A stretch of DNA of 54,625 nt from Verrucomicrobiota bacterium (GTDB taxonomy: Bacteria > Verrucomicrobiota > Verrucomicrobiia > Limisphaerales > UBA9464): positions 1-54,625 of the forward strand of contig JAYUSF010000108.1 of NCBI GenBank assembly GCA_043755815.1. Direction: 5' to 3'. Position numbers and translations under genes: made by a program. Of this stretch, positions 17,101 through 25,967 are shown one piece after another (the first letter of the stretch is position 1; each line of letters starts with the position of its first letter). Below the pieces are notes generated by a model. That model saw nothing but the letters and a program-made list of their open reading frames with translations. It had not been told where the DNA came from and did not search any database.

Positions 17101-17731
17101 CGAGAACCGCCTGCTGGCCCGTGGCCCGCAAGTCCGGCTCGAGGCGGAGATCATCCGTGATGCCTCACTGCGGGCCAGCGGCCTGCTCTCCGCGAAGATG
17201 GGCGGCGCCGGCGTCTATCCGCCGCAGCCGGCGGGCGTCACGGAAGTCGCCTACGGCAGTCCCGCCTGGCCGACCAGCGCGGGCGAAGACCGCCACCGGC
17301 GCAGCGTCTACACCTTCACGAAACGCACCGCCCCGTTCGCGATGTTCAACACGTTCGACGCGCCGACGGGCGAATCCTGTCTGGCGCGGCGCGACGTTTC
17401 GAACACGCCGCTGCAGGCGCTGACCCTCCTGAACGACGTGTTCTTCGTCGAGGTGTCGCAGGCCATGGGCCGTGCGTGGGCCGCCGAAACGGGTTCCGTG
17501 GAAGCACGGATCCGTTCCGCGTTCCGCCGCTGCCTGACCCGTCCGCCCACCGCCGATGAAGTCGCCGCGCTGGCGAAGTTTTTCGAGGCGCAGCGGCAGC
17601 GATTCGCCAGCAGGGACCTCGACCCGGAGCCCGTCGCGGGCGAAGGACCGGGCGACGTGGTGGAACGCGCGGCCTGGACGACACTGGCCCGCGCCCTGTT
17701 GAACTTGGACGAGACGATCACCAAAGGCTAA
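14144..17731 (+). CDS. DUF1549/DUF1553 protein with planctomycete cytochrome c and two internal beta-sandwich (discoidin-like) repeats
   Basis: Signal peptide, [49 protein letters not shown], two LRLEA.(T/P)D..LP..GPG...G.F.L.E units, [13 protein letters not shown]. Confidence 0.93.
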   Translation: [1195 protein letters not shown]

Positions 17732-17734
17732 GCC

Positions 17735-19177
17735 ATGAACCCACTGATCCCACACGGCCTCGACGTCACGCGCCGTCACTTCCTGCGCGACTGCGGCGTC
17801 GGCCTCGGGAAGATCGCGTTGGCCGGCCTGCTCACCGACTCGCTCGCGGGGCGCGTCGCCGCGGCGGCAAACCCGGACGGCCTGCTGGCCCCGCGCAAAC
17901 CGCATTTCGCGGGCAGGGCCAAACGCGTCATCCACCTCTTCATGGCCGGGGCGCCCAGCCAGTTGGAGCTGTTCGACCACAAGCCCGAACTGGCGAAGCT
18001 CGAAGGCAAACCCCTGCCGCCGTCGGTCATCGGCGGCCAGCGCTACGCGTTCATCCGGCCCGACGCCGCGGTGCTCGGGCCGCGCTTCAAGTTCGCCCGG
18101 CACGGCCAGTCGGGCGCCGAGCTGTCGGAAATGCTGCCGCACCTCGCGCAGGTGGTGGACGACATCTGCCTGGTGCGTTCGGTGCACACGGAACAGTTCA
18201 ATCACGCGCCGGCGCAGATTTTCTTCAACACCGGCTTTTCGCAGCCGGGCCGGCCGAGCCTCGGTTCCTGGGCGCTTTACGGACTTGGCGCCGAATCACA
18301 GAACCTGCCGGCCTTCGTGGTGATGAGCACCGGGAGCGGTTTGAGTGGAGGCTCCGCGCTGTGGTCCAGCGGCTTTCTCCCGACCGTTTACACGGGCGTT
18401 CGCCTGCGCAACCAGGGGCCGCCGATCCTGAACGTGAACAGTCCTGCCGGCGTGGATGCCCGGTTGCAGCGCGACACCCTCGACGTCGTCGGCGAACTCA
18501 ACCGGCGCCGCCTCTCGGTGGCGGGGGATCCGGAAGTGGCCACCCGCCTCGCCGCCTACGAGATGGCCTTCCGGCTGCAGACTTCCGCGCCCGAACTCAT
18601 GGACCTGAAGGGGGAAAGCAAGGAGACCCTGGAACTCTACGGCTGCGATCCGGACAAACCGTCCTTCGCCCGCGCCTGTCTTCTGGCGCGCCGGATGATC
18701 GAGCGCGGCGTGCGGTTCGTGAACCTCTACCACGAGGGTTGGGATGCCCACAGCGACGTGGCCGGCAACGTGAAGAGCAACGCCGGCATCACGGACAAGG
18801 CCAGCGCGGCGCTGGTGCTTGACCTCAAGCGGCGCGGTCTGCTGGACGACACGCTGGTCATCTGGGGCGGCGAGTTTGGCCGGACGCCGATGGTCGAATC
18901 CAATCCTGCGCTCGGCCGCAGCCAGGGTCGCGATCACCATCCCCAGGCCTACACCGTCTGGATGGCCGGCGGCGGCATCCGTTCCGGCTTCAGCTATGGC
19001 GCGACCGATGATCTGGGCTTCCACGTGGTCGAAAACCCGGTCCATGTCCACGACCTGCAGGCCACGATCCTGCATTGTCTCGGCTTCGATCACGAACGGC
19101 TGACCTACCACCATGCGGGCCGGGATTTCCGGCTGACGGACGTGCACGGCAAGGTGGTTCAGTCCATCCTCGCCTGA
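17735..19177 (+). CDS. DUF1501 family protein
   Basis: TRRHFL, RAKRVIHLFMAGAPSQLELFD, GGEFGRTP, GRDHH, RLTDVHG; 3 nt downstream of the PSCyt gene. Confidence 0.94.
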   Translation: MNPLIPHGLDVTRRHFLRDCGVGLGKIALAGLLTDSLAGRVAAAANPDGLLAPRKPHFAGRAKRVIHLFMAGAPSQLELFDHKPELAKLEGKPLPPSVIGGQRYAFIRPDAAVLGPRFKFARHGQSGAELSEMLPHLAQVVDDICLVRSVHTEQFNHAPAQIFFNTGFSQPGRPSLGSWALYGLGAESQNLPAFVVMSTGSGLSGGSALWSSGFLPTVYTGVRLRNQGPPILNVNSPAGVDARLQRDTLDVVGELNRRRLSVAGDPEVATRLAAYEMAFRLQTSAPELMDLKGESKETLELYGCDPDKPSFARACLLARRMIERGVRFVNLYHEGWDAHSDVAGNVKSNAGITDKASAALVLDLKRRGLLDDTLVIWGGEFGRTPMVESNPALGRSQGRDHHPQAYTVWMAGGGIRSGFSYGATDDLGFHVVENPVHVHDLQATILHCLGFDHERLTYHHAGRDFRLTDVHGKVVQSILA

Positions 19178-19258
19178 AGTCATGGCCCGGCCCGAAGATT
19201 CCAACCTGAGGCTTCCGGGCGGAGGCGGAATGTGGGAACGTCCCCGCCAAACACCGGA

Positions 19259-22200
19259 ATGAGAAACTGGCTCGTCAGCGCCGTCTTCTTGGTTGGGTCG
19301 TGGCTGCGCGGTGCCGCCGCGGAACCCAAGGCGCCGCACTGGGCCTTCCAGCCCGTCCGGATTCCCGCGCCGCCGAAGGTGACCAACGTCGCGTGGGCCC
19401 GGACCACCCTGGACCGTTTCATCCTCGAACGGCTCGAGGCGAAGGGGCAGCAACCCGCGCCCGCGGCCGATCCGCGCACGCTCATCCGGCGGGCGACCTT
19501 CGACCTCACGGGGCTGCCGCCGACCGCGGAAGAGGTGGATGCGTTCGAGCGGGAAGTCGCCGGAGAGAAGAATCAGGAAGGCAGGAAAACAGGAACTTCT
19601 CCTGCGGGGGCGGATTCGCCCGCTCCTGCTTCCGGCTTTCCTGCCTTCCAGATTTTCCCCTCGGCCTATTCCCGCCTCGTTGACCGTCTGCTCGCCTCGC
19701 CGGCCTACGGCGAGCATTGGGGCCGGCATTGGCTCGACGTCGTGCGTTACGCCGACACGGCGGGCGAGACCGCCGACTATCCGGTGCCCGTCGCGTGGCG
19801 TTACCGCAACTACGTCATCGACGCCTTCAACGCCGACAAACCCTACGACGAGTTCCTCCGCGAACAGATCGCGGGCGACATCCTGGCGAAGGGCGGCCCG
19901 CGCGAACGCTACGCCGAACGCGTGACGGCCACGGGTTTCCTCGCGGTGTCGCGCCGGTTCGGCTTCGACTCGGAGAATTACCATCACCTCACGATCCAGG
20001 ACACGATCGACACGGTCGGCCAGAGCGTGCTCGGACTGACGCTGGGCTGCGCGCGCTGCCACGCCCACAAGTTCGACCCGGTCTCGCTGCCCGATTACTA
20101 CGCGCTCTACGGCATCTTCGACAGCACCCGCTACGCGTTCCCCGGCTCCGAGCAGAAGCAGCGGAGCCGCGCGCTCGTGCCGCTGGTGCCGCCCGGGGAA
20201 TCGCAGCCGAAGTGGCGGGAGTTTGAGCACCGGGTTGCCGGACTCATGCAGCGGATTGAACGGGGCAAACTGTCGGCGCCCTCCGCCGTGCTGCGGTCGC
20301 TCGACGAACTCGACGGCGACCTCGAAATGCAGGCGCCGGCCGCCGGCGGCAGCAAGGGCGTGCTCGTGCCCCCGTGGGTTTACGACGGCCCGATCGCCGT
20401 GACGGCAAACGCGCAGAGCCCGTTCAAGAACCTGTATCCGCTGGGCAAGGTCGGCGCGAGCGTCGCCGCCGGCACCAACGGCTACCGGCTGACGCAGGCG
20501 GTGCCCGCGGGGCCAAGGCGTTCCCCGGGACTCCTGCACGCGAGCCTGGATTTCCGCATCGGCGCGGCCGACTCCGCCACCCACGCACCCCACCGGTTCT
20601 GGCTCGGCGCGGCCGACGGCACGCCGGTCGCCGAAGTGCTGTTGACGGGTGAAGGGGTCACCGTGCGCGGGCGCGATTCGGTCCAACCCCACCGCACGCT
20701 GCGGCCCAACGAATGGTATCAGCTCCAGCTCACGCTGGATCTCGCCGTCGGCACGTTCACCGGCACGGTCGGCCGCCCCGGGGAGGTCACCAAAATAGGA
20801 CCGCGCCCGCTGCGGGGTCCCTGGACCAACGGCGTCGCCGCTTTTGGTTTGGATTCCCTGGCGTCGGCCGGCGGCTCCCGCGCGGCCATCGCCTTTGACA
20901 ACCTCGCCGTGCAGGCCGCGCCCATTCCGCCGGTGTCCACCACGTCACCGGTGGTGCTCGCCGCCGCCGGGACTGATGCCGCGGCCCTCGGCGCCCGGCT
21001 CCGGGAACTCGCCGGCCTCGACGGTGATTTCGAAAACCAGGACGACCACACGCCACCCGCCTCGCCGTGGGGTCCCGGACCGAACAGCGTGGCCCGAATC
21101 AGTGCCGCGGCGCAGAGCCCGTTCCGCAATCTTTACCCGGCCGGCCGGTTGGGCCTCCGCCTGCCCAACCGCGCCGCCTACGACGGCTTCGACCAGCAGC
21201 TCACCAACCGCTGGCAGGCGGACAAGACGCCGCGCCTGTTCGCCGGCTTCGACTTCCGCTGCGCCGACGTGACGGCGGGCGGCGACGGTTCGTGGCGCTT
21301 CTACGCGGGCCACGGCGCCGGACCGGCCCCGGCGGTGGAGCTGTTCTTCAACGGCCGCGACTTCTTCCGCCGCAGCGGCGAGGCGCGCGACGCCGTGTGT
21401 GCGCTGAAGGTGGGCGAGTGGTATCAGGTGCAGCTTGCGCTCGACCTCAAGGCGCGGAGCTACACGGGCGTGCTCGCGTCGACGAACGGGCGGACGGAAT
21501 TCTCCGGCCAGTTCGCCGGCAACTGGGACGGCAGCCTCGATTTCACCTTCATCGACAGCCACGGACACCTGGGCGGGGTGCGGCCCGCCCTGGACGTCGA
21601 CAACTTCGTCTTCCGCGAGACCCCGCTGCCCCCGTTGGACGCCCGCCCCGGCGAGGTCGCCGCGGGCGAACGGGTGGCGCGGCGGAACCAGTTGTCCGAA
21701 CTGCGGGGACAGCTCGCCGAGGCGAAGGCGGATGCCGACCGGGCGCGCCGGGAACTCGAGTCGCTGCTCGCCGAGGGACCGTTCCCGCTCACCTACGGCG
21801 TCACCGAAGGCACCCCGCGCGACGCCCGCATCCAGATCCGGGGCGAGCCGGACCGGCCGGGCGACGTGGTTCCGCGCGGCTTCCTCCATGTGCTGGGCGG
21901 TGGCTCATTGCCCAAAGGCGCGACGGGCAGCGGTCGGCTCGAACTCGCCGAATGGCTCACCAGTCCCACGAACCCGCTGACGGCCCGGGTGATGGTGAAC
22001 CGCATCTGGCAGTATCACTTCGGCCAGGGCCTCGTGAAGACGCCGAACGACTTCGGCACCCGCGGCCTACGCCCGACGCATCCCGAACTGCTGGATCACC
22101 TGGCAACGGAGTTCATCCGCGGCGGCTGGTCCATCAAGGCGCTGCACCGGCTGATCATGAACAGCGCGGTTTACCAGCAGAGGAGCCAGTATTCAGTGAT

Positions 22201-22873
22201 CAGTGATCAGTCGTCAGTGGGCAGTGCGCCCGATGACTGTCCGATCATTCCTGGAACCACCCGCGTTGCCGGACTGAATACTGACCTACTGAACACTGAT
22301 TACTTTTCCCCGTTTTCGCGCCGCCGCCTTGGGGCCGAGGAAACGCGTGACGCCCTCCTTCGGGTCAGCGGCGCGCTGGACCCGACGCCCGGCGAGGGCC
22401 ATCCGTTCCCGGCGCCGACCGGTTGGGGCTACACGCAGCACGGTCCGTTCAGCGCGGTCTACGACCACAGCCGGCGCAGCGTTTACCTGATGACCCAGCG
22501 CCTCAAACGCCACCCGTTCCTCGCGCTGTTCGATGGCGCCGATCCGAATGCCAGCACCGCCGAACGTCGCACGACCACCGTGCCCACGCAGGCGCTGTTC
22601 TTCCTGAACGATCCCTTTGTCCATGCCAGCGCGGAGAAGCTCGCCGCCCGCGTGCGGGCCACCGCGACCGCGGAACCGGAGCGGGTGAAAGCGGCCTACC
22701 GGCTGGCCGTCGGGCGCAATCCGGGTCCGGCAGAAGTGACCGAAGCCGCGGAGTTTCTCGCCGCCTATCGCGCGGAACTGACCGCCGCCGGGAAGGACGC
22801 CGGCGAATCCTCCGTCTGGGCCGCCTTTGCCCGCGTGCTCTTCGGCAGCAATGAATTCCTCACCGTGGATTGA
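19259..22873 (+). CDS. DUF1549/DUF1553 protein without the N-terminal cytochrome domain, with a duplicated central beta-sandwich domain
   Basis: Signal peptide then HWAFQP, YGEHWGRHWLDVVRYADT, CARCHAH, two AQSPF(K/R)NLYP.G...EWYQ.QL.LDL units, GSNEFLTVD end. Confidence 0.92.
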   Translation: MRNWLVSAVFLVGSWLRGAAAEPKAPHWAFQPVRIPAPPKVTNVAWARTTLDRFILERLEAKGQQPAPAADPRTLIRRATFDLTGLPPTAEEVDAFEREVAGEKNQEGRKTGTSPAGADSPAPASGFPAFQIFPSAYSRLVDRLLASPAYGEHWGRHWLDVVRYADTAGETADYPVPVAWRYRNYVIDAFNADKPYDEFLREQIAGDILAKGGPRERYAERVTATGFLAVSRRFGFDSENYHHLTIQDTIDTVGQSVLGLTLGCARCHAHKFDPVSLPDYYALYGIFDSTRYAFPGSEQKQRSRALVPLVPPGESQPKWREFEHRVAGLMQRIERGKLSAPSAVLRSLDELDGDLEMQAPAAGGSKGVLVPPWVYDGPIAVTANAQSPFKNLYPLGKVGASVAAGTNGYRLTQAVPAGPRRSPGLLHASLDFRIGAADSATHAPHRFWLGAADGTPVAEVLLTGEGVTVRGRDSVQPHRTLRPNEWYQLQLTLDLAVGTFTGTVGRPGEVTKIGPRPLRGPWTNGVAAFGLDSLASAGGSRAAIAFDNLAVQAAPIPPVSTTSPVVLAAAGTDAAALGARLRELAGLDGDFENQDDHTPPASPWGPGPNSVARISAAAQSPFRNLYPAGRLGLRLPNRAAYDGFDQQLTNRWQADKTPRLFAGFDFRCADVTAGGDGSWRFYAGHGAGPAPAVELFFNGRDFFRRSGEARDAVCALKVGEWYQVQLALDLKARSYTGVLASTNGRTEFSGQFAGNWDGSLDFTFIDSHGHLGGVRPALDVDNFVFRETPLPPLDARPGEVAAGERVARRNQLSELRGQLAEAKADADRARRELESLLAEGPFPLTYGVTEGTPRDARIQIRGEPDRPGDVVPRGFLHVLGGGSLPKGATGSGRLELAEWLTSPTNPLTARVMVNRIWQYHFGQGLVKTPNDFGTRGLRPTHPELLDHLATEFIRGGWSIKALHRLIMNSAVYQQRSQYSVISDQSSVGSAPDDCPIIPGTTRVAGLNTDLLNTDYFSPFSRRRLGAEETRDALLRVSGALDPTPGEGHPFPAPTGWGYTQHGPFSAVYDHSRRSVYLMTQRLKRHPFLALFDGADPNASTAERRTTTVPTQALFFLNDPFVHASAEKLAARVRATATAEPERVKAAYRLAVGRNPGPAEVTEAAEFLAAYRAELTAAGKDAGESSVWAAFARVLFGSNEFLTVD
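19570..19654. repeat. In-frame palindromic element, same family and same insertion site as 5179-5261
   Basis: gaatcaggaaggcaggaaaacaggaac ... cttccggctttcctgccttccagatt; translated NQEGRKTGT...SGFPAFQI. Confidence 0.9.
22187..22304. repeat. In-frame element with inverted heptamer arrays (CAGTGAT)n ... (ACTGAnn)n
   Basis: cagtatt cagtgat cagtgat cagtcgt cagt (22187-22218) and actgaat actgacct actgaac actgatt act (22273-22304); translated QYSVISDQSSV...LNTDLLNTDY. Confidence 0.85.
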
Positions 22874-22874
22874 A

Positions 22875-23255
22875 ATGGGCATGGAAGCGAAAACATCATC
22901 GGTCGGCGCTCGTCCAGACTGGAGCGGCGGTTGGTTGCGACGCCCGGTTCCCCCTCACCCTGTCCCTCTCCCTCGGGGAGAGGGGATCGACCGCGTGTGT
23001 GATGTGAGTCCACAGACGCCTCAGCCAGGGGCTGCCCATCGCCTCGCTGTATCGGAGTATCACGCGACTGGAGTAGCCTTGCTTCGTGACTTTCTCCCTC
23101 TCCCGCAGGGGGAGGGCCGGGGTGAGGGGGAAGCACGCTCAACGACTCATCGCCACTCAACCTCAATTCCTCCGCAAACGAACACCGACCTGGCATCCCG
23201 TCGGCTGAAAAGCCTCCGCTCCCGGCCGACGCGACCCACGACTGAAGACCCGTGA
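22875..23255 (+). other. REP-derived 126-aa bridge ORF between PSCyt and DUF1501 genes
   Basis: ATG 1 nt after the PSCyt TGA (22871-22873); its TGA (23253-23255) overlaps the DUF1501 GTG (GTGA); no recognisable domain. Confidence 0.45.
22951..23131. repeat. Composite palindromic unit C (same BoxC-like family as units A and B, no nuclease)
   Basis: cccctcaccctgtccctctccctcggggagagggg (22951-22985) and inverted ccctctcccgcagggggagggccggggtgaggggg (~23096-23131). Confidence 0.88.
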
Positions 23256-24667
23256 AACCGACCTGCACTTTCGACCCGAATCGCCGCGGCTTCCTGCGCT
23301 CGCTGGCCGGCGGTTCGCTGCTGTTTCCGGGACTCGTGTCCCAGCTCCTCGCCGAGGACGCCGCCCGCACCGGCTCCGTTGATCCCCTGCTGCCGCACGC
23401 GCCGCACTTCGAGCCGAGGGCCAAGCGCGTCATCTTCCTCTACATGAGCGGCGGCGTGTCGCACGTGGACTCGTGGGACCCCAAACCGAAGCTCTTCGCC
23501 GACGCCGGCAAGACCATCTCCGTGGACGAGTTCCAGGGCCGCAAGGGCGACTTCAAGATGTTCGCCAAGCGGCCCCAGTGGGACTTCGCGCCCCACGGCC
23601 GCTGCGGCACGGAAGTCAGCTCGCTTTTCCCGCACATGGCCGGCTGCGTGGACGACCTGTGCGTGATCCGCTCGCTGAAGTCCGATCACACCAACCACTA
23701 CGAGGCGACCCTCGGCATCCACACCGGCTCGTTCACCTTCGCGCGGCCAAGCCTCGGCTCGTGGGTCAGCTACGGCCTCGGCACCGAGAACCGCAACCTG
23801 CCGTCGTTCGTGGTCATCGCGCCCAAGACGCCCTACGCCGGCGGCCAGGTGTGGGCGAGCGACTTCCTGCCCGGCGCGCACCAAGGCACGCTCGTGGTGC
23901 CGGGCGCGGAACCCGTCGCCAATCTCCGCCGCCGCGTCGCGACCGGCCGCCTGCAGGAACTCGAACTCGCCGCGATGGCGAAGCTGAACCAGCGCCACCT
24001 CGCATCGCGCGCGGACGACCCGCTGCTCAGCGCCCGGATGAAGTCCTTCGAGACCGCCTTCGGCATGCAGATGGAGCTGCCCGACGTCTTCGACCTGTCG
24101 CGCGAGAGCGACGCCACGCTGGCGCTCTACGGACTCGAACGCGGCAGCACGCAGGGCTTCGCCTGGCAATGCCTCGTCGCCCGCCGGCTGGCGGAACGCG
24201 GCGTGCGCTTCGTCGAGCTGATTGATGTCGGCTCGTCGGACAACTGGGACGCCCACGGCGACATGCTCACGCACACGCCGCTGGCAAAAAACGTGGATAA
24301 GCCCATCGCCGGCCTCCTGCGCGACCTGAAGCAGCGCGGGATGCTCGACGACACGCTGGTGGTATGGACCACCGAGTTTGGCCGCACGCCCTTCAACGAA
24401 GCCGCCAATCACAAGGGGCGCGAACATCACCACTGGGTCTTCTCCTCGTGGCTCGCCGGTGCGGGCGTGAAGGCCGGGACCGTCTATGGCGAGTCCGACG
24501 ACTACGGCATCAACGTCGGCCGGAACCCGGTCCACGTGCACGACTTCCACGCCACCATCCTGCACCTGCTCGGCTTCGACCACGAACGCCTCACCTACCG
24601 CCACACCGGGCGCGACTACCGGCTCACGGACGTCGCGGGCGAAGTGGTGCAGGGGATCCTGGCGTGA
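23252..24667 (+). CDS. DUF1501 family protein
   Basis: NRRGFL, RAKRVIFLYMSGGVSHVDSWDPKP, TTEFGRTP, GREHH, RLTDVAG. Confidence 0.93.
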   Translation: MKPTCTFDPNRRGFLRSLAGGSLLFPGLVSQLLAEDAARTGSVDPLLPHAPHFEPRAKRVIFLYMSGGVSHVDSWDPKPKLFADAGKTISVDEFQGRKGDFKMFAKRPQWDFAPHGRCGTEVSSLFPHMAGCVDDLCVIRSLKSDHTNHYEATLGIHTGSFTFARPSLGSWVSYGLGTENRNLPSFVVIAPKTPYAGGQVWASDFLPGAHQGTLVVPGAEPVANLRRRVATGRLQELELAAMAKLNQRHLASRADDPLLSARMKSFETAFGMQMELPDVFDLSRESDATLALYGLERGSTQGFAWQCLVARRLAERGVRFVELIDVGSSDNWDAHGDMLTHTPLAKNVDKPIAGLLRDLKQRGMLDDTLVVWTTEFGRTPFNEAANHKGREHHHWVFSSWLAGAGVKAGTVYGESDDYGINVGRNPVHVHDFHATILHLLGFDHERLTYRHTGRDYRLTDVAGEVVQGILA

Positions 24668-24678
24668 GCGGTTTTCCA

Positions 24679-24703
24679 GGTAGGGCGGTGCTGCCGCGCC
24701 GCC
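24679..24703. repeat. GTAG-type REP-like hairpin downstream of operon
   Basis: ggtagggcggtgctgccgcgccgcc: GTAG tetramer followed by an imperfect GC hairpin. Confidence 0.5.
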
Positions 24704-24799
24704 GAATTGTTTCAGAGGAAGCGGCGTAAAGATCCCAAGTCAGCTCCAACTGTTCCAAGGCACCCGACAGGCGTCGCGCAGAGCGGCCGGCTTGCCGCG

Positions 24800-25186
24800 T
24801 CAGCCCAAGGCCGCACAAAACTGCCGGAACGCCTTCTCCTCCTCGCCCGAGGAAACGCCGGCGACGATGTGGCCGGCCAGGCTGCGGATGACGTGGGCCT
24901 GCATGGGTGCAAGCTCCAATGCCTGGATCACGTCCCGGATGATGCCGGCAAAAGTGTTCCCGTTGTAGAAGCAGAACGGCGCCAACCGATGGCAACGGCG
25001 ACACAATTCCACCGCTTCCTCCAGCGGCATCGCCTTCGTGTGAAGCTCCTCCCAGAGGAGCTTCGTCTGTTCGTGACCGTCGGAGGTCGGTTTGTGCAAG
25101 GCGCCCTTGGCTGCGCAAAGCAAAGCGTTCTGCGCGGTGATGAACGCCCACGGATAAGGCTCCAGCCAGTTGCGGATCCGCGCCAC
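24800..25186 (-). CDS. Small Fic/Doc-like protein with degenerate active-site motif (putative toxin)
   Basis: CHRLAPFCFYNGNTFA aligns to Fic HPFx(D/E)GNGRxxR; 128 aa, Doc-like size. Confidence 0.55.
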   Translation of the reverse strand: MARIRNWLEPYPWAFITAQNALLCAAKGALHKPTSDGHEQTKLLWEELHTKAMPLEEAVELCRRCHRLAPFCFYNGNTFAGIIRDVIQALELAPMQAHVIRSLAGHIVAGVSSGEEEKAFRQFCAALG

Positions 25187-25189
25187 GGT

Positions 25190-25381
25190 TCAGCGTTCCC
25201 GCGATTTCTTTGCCTCTTTGAGCTCCTGCAACGGTTTGACTCCCTCGCTCTTCAGGGAGCCCTTGCCGGTCCGCGCGTAAACGGGTTCGGCGGAGAAACG
25301 GTCCTGGATGGCCAATGAGTCAGCCAGCACGCGTTGGAACACGGGGTTCTCCAGCAGCTTGGGATCAATGTCCGGCTTCAT
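25190..25381 (-). CDS. 63-aa protein, putative antitoxin of the Fic-like protein
   Basis: ATG start; stop 3 nt before the Fic-like GTG; small and charged. Confidence 0.55.
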   Translation of the reverse strand: MKPDIDPKLLENPVFQRVLADSLAIQDRFSAEPVYARTGKGSLKSEGVKPLQELKEAKKSRER

Positions 25382-25571
25382 GGGGACAGGCTACCGGCCC
25401 CGTCCCCGGCGCGCAATCGCCCGTTCCTCTGCCCACGGCCGGACCCGTGATGAAATCGCGGTGCTTCCCAGCTTCTTTGTGCCCTTCGTGCCGTCGTGGT
25501 TCACCCCACAAAACGCTGAATCTTCCGGCCCCGTGTGCTATCCGTTCCCGTGGCGCCACCGGGCGCCGGCC

Positions 25572-25925
25572 ATGAACGAACCCCTGCCGGACGCCAACGG
25601 GAGCACCTGCGATTCCGAGAACCTCGTCCTCGCCGAGGTCCAGCTCGTCCTCGCGGAAAAGCGGACCTCCCTCGCCGCCCTGCGCACCGGCATCGCCATC
25701 TTCGCCTTTCCGCTCTCCGTGCTCAGCGTGCTGATCGCCACCTCGCGCCAATACGAGGCCGCTGCGGTGCTGCACTGGCTGGTGCCGCTGCTCCTGCTCA
25801 ACGGCGGCCTGATCGTCCTCGGCACCTACCTCATCGCGACCGCCATCCGGCGCCTGCGCCACTACAACCGCCTGATCGACGAGTTCAAACGCCGCAACAC
25901 CCGCCTCGCCCGGCTGCTGGACTGA
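25572..25925 (+). CDS. DUF202 (YidH-like) small membrane protein
   Basis: LAEKRTSLAALRTGIA motif followed by two hydrophobic segments. Confidence 0.8.
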   Translation: MNEPLPDANGSTCDSENLVLAEVQLVLAEKRTSLAALRTGIAIFAFPLSVLSVLIATSRQYEAAAVLHWLVPLLLLNGGLIVLGTYLIATAIRRLRHYNRLIDEFKRRNTRLARLLD

Positions 25926-25967
25926 ACGCAAGCGCCGCCACCGTTTCGTGGTGCGCGGCGACGTGGA

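Noticed and set aside
14051-20692. Long antisense ORFs (14051-16726, 18296-20692; also 3287-5221 and 46492-47691)
   Set aside because: Mirror frames of high-GC genes with no domain motifs; expected from codon bias.
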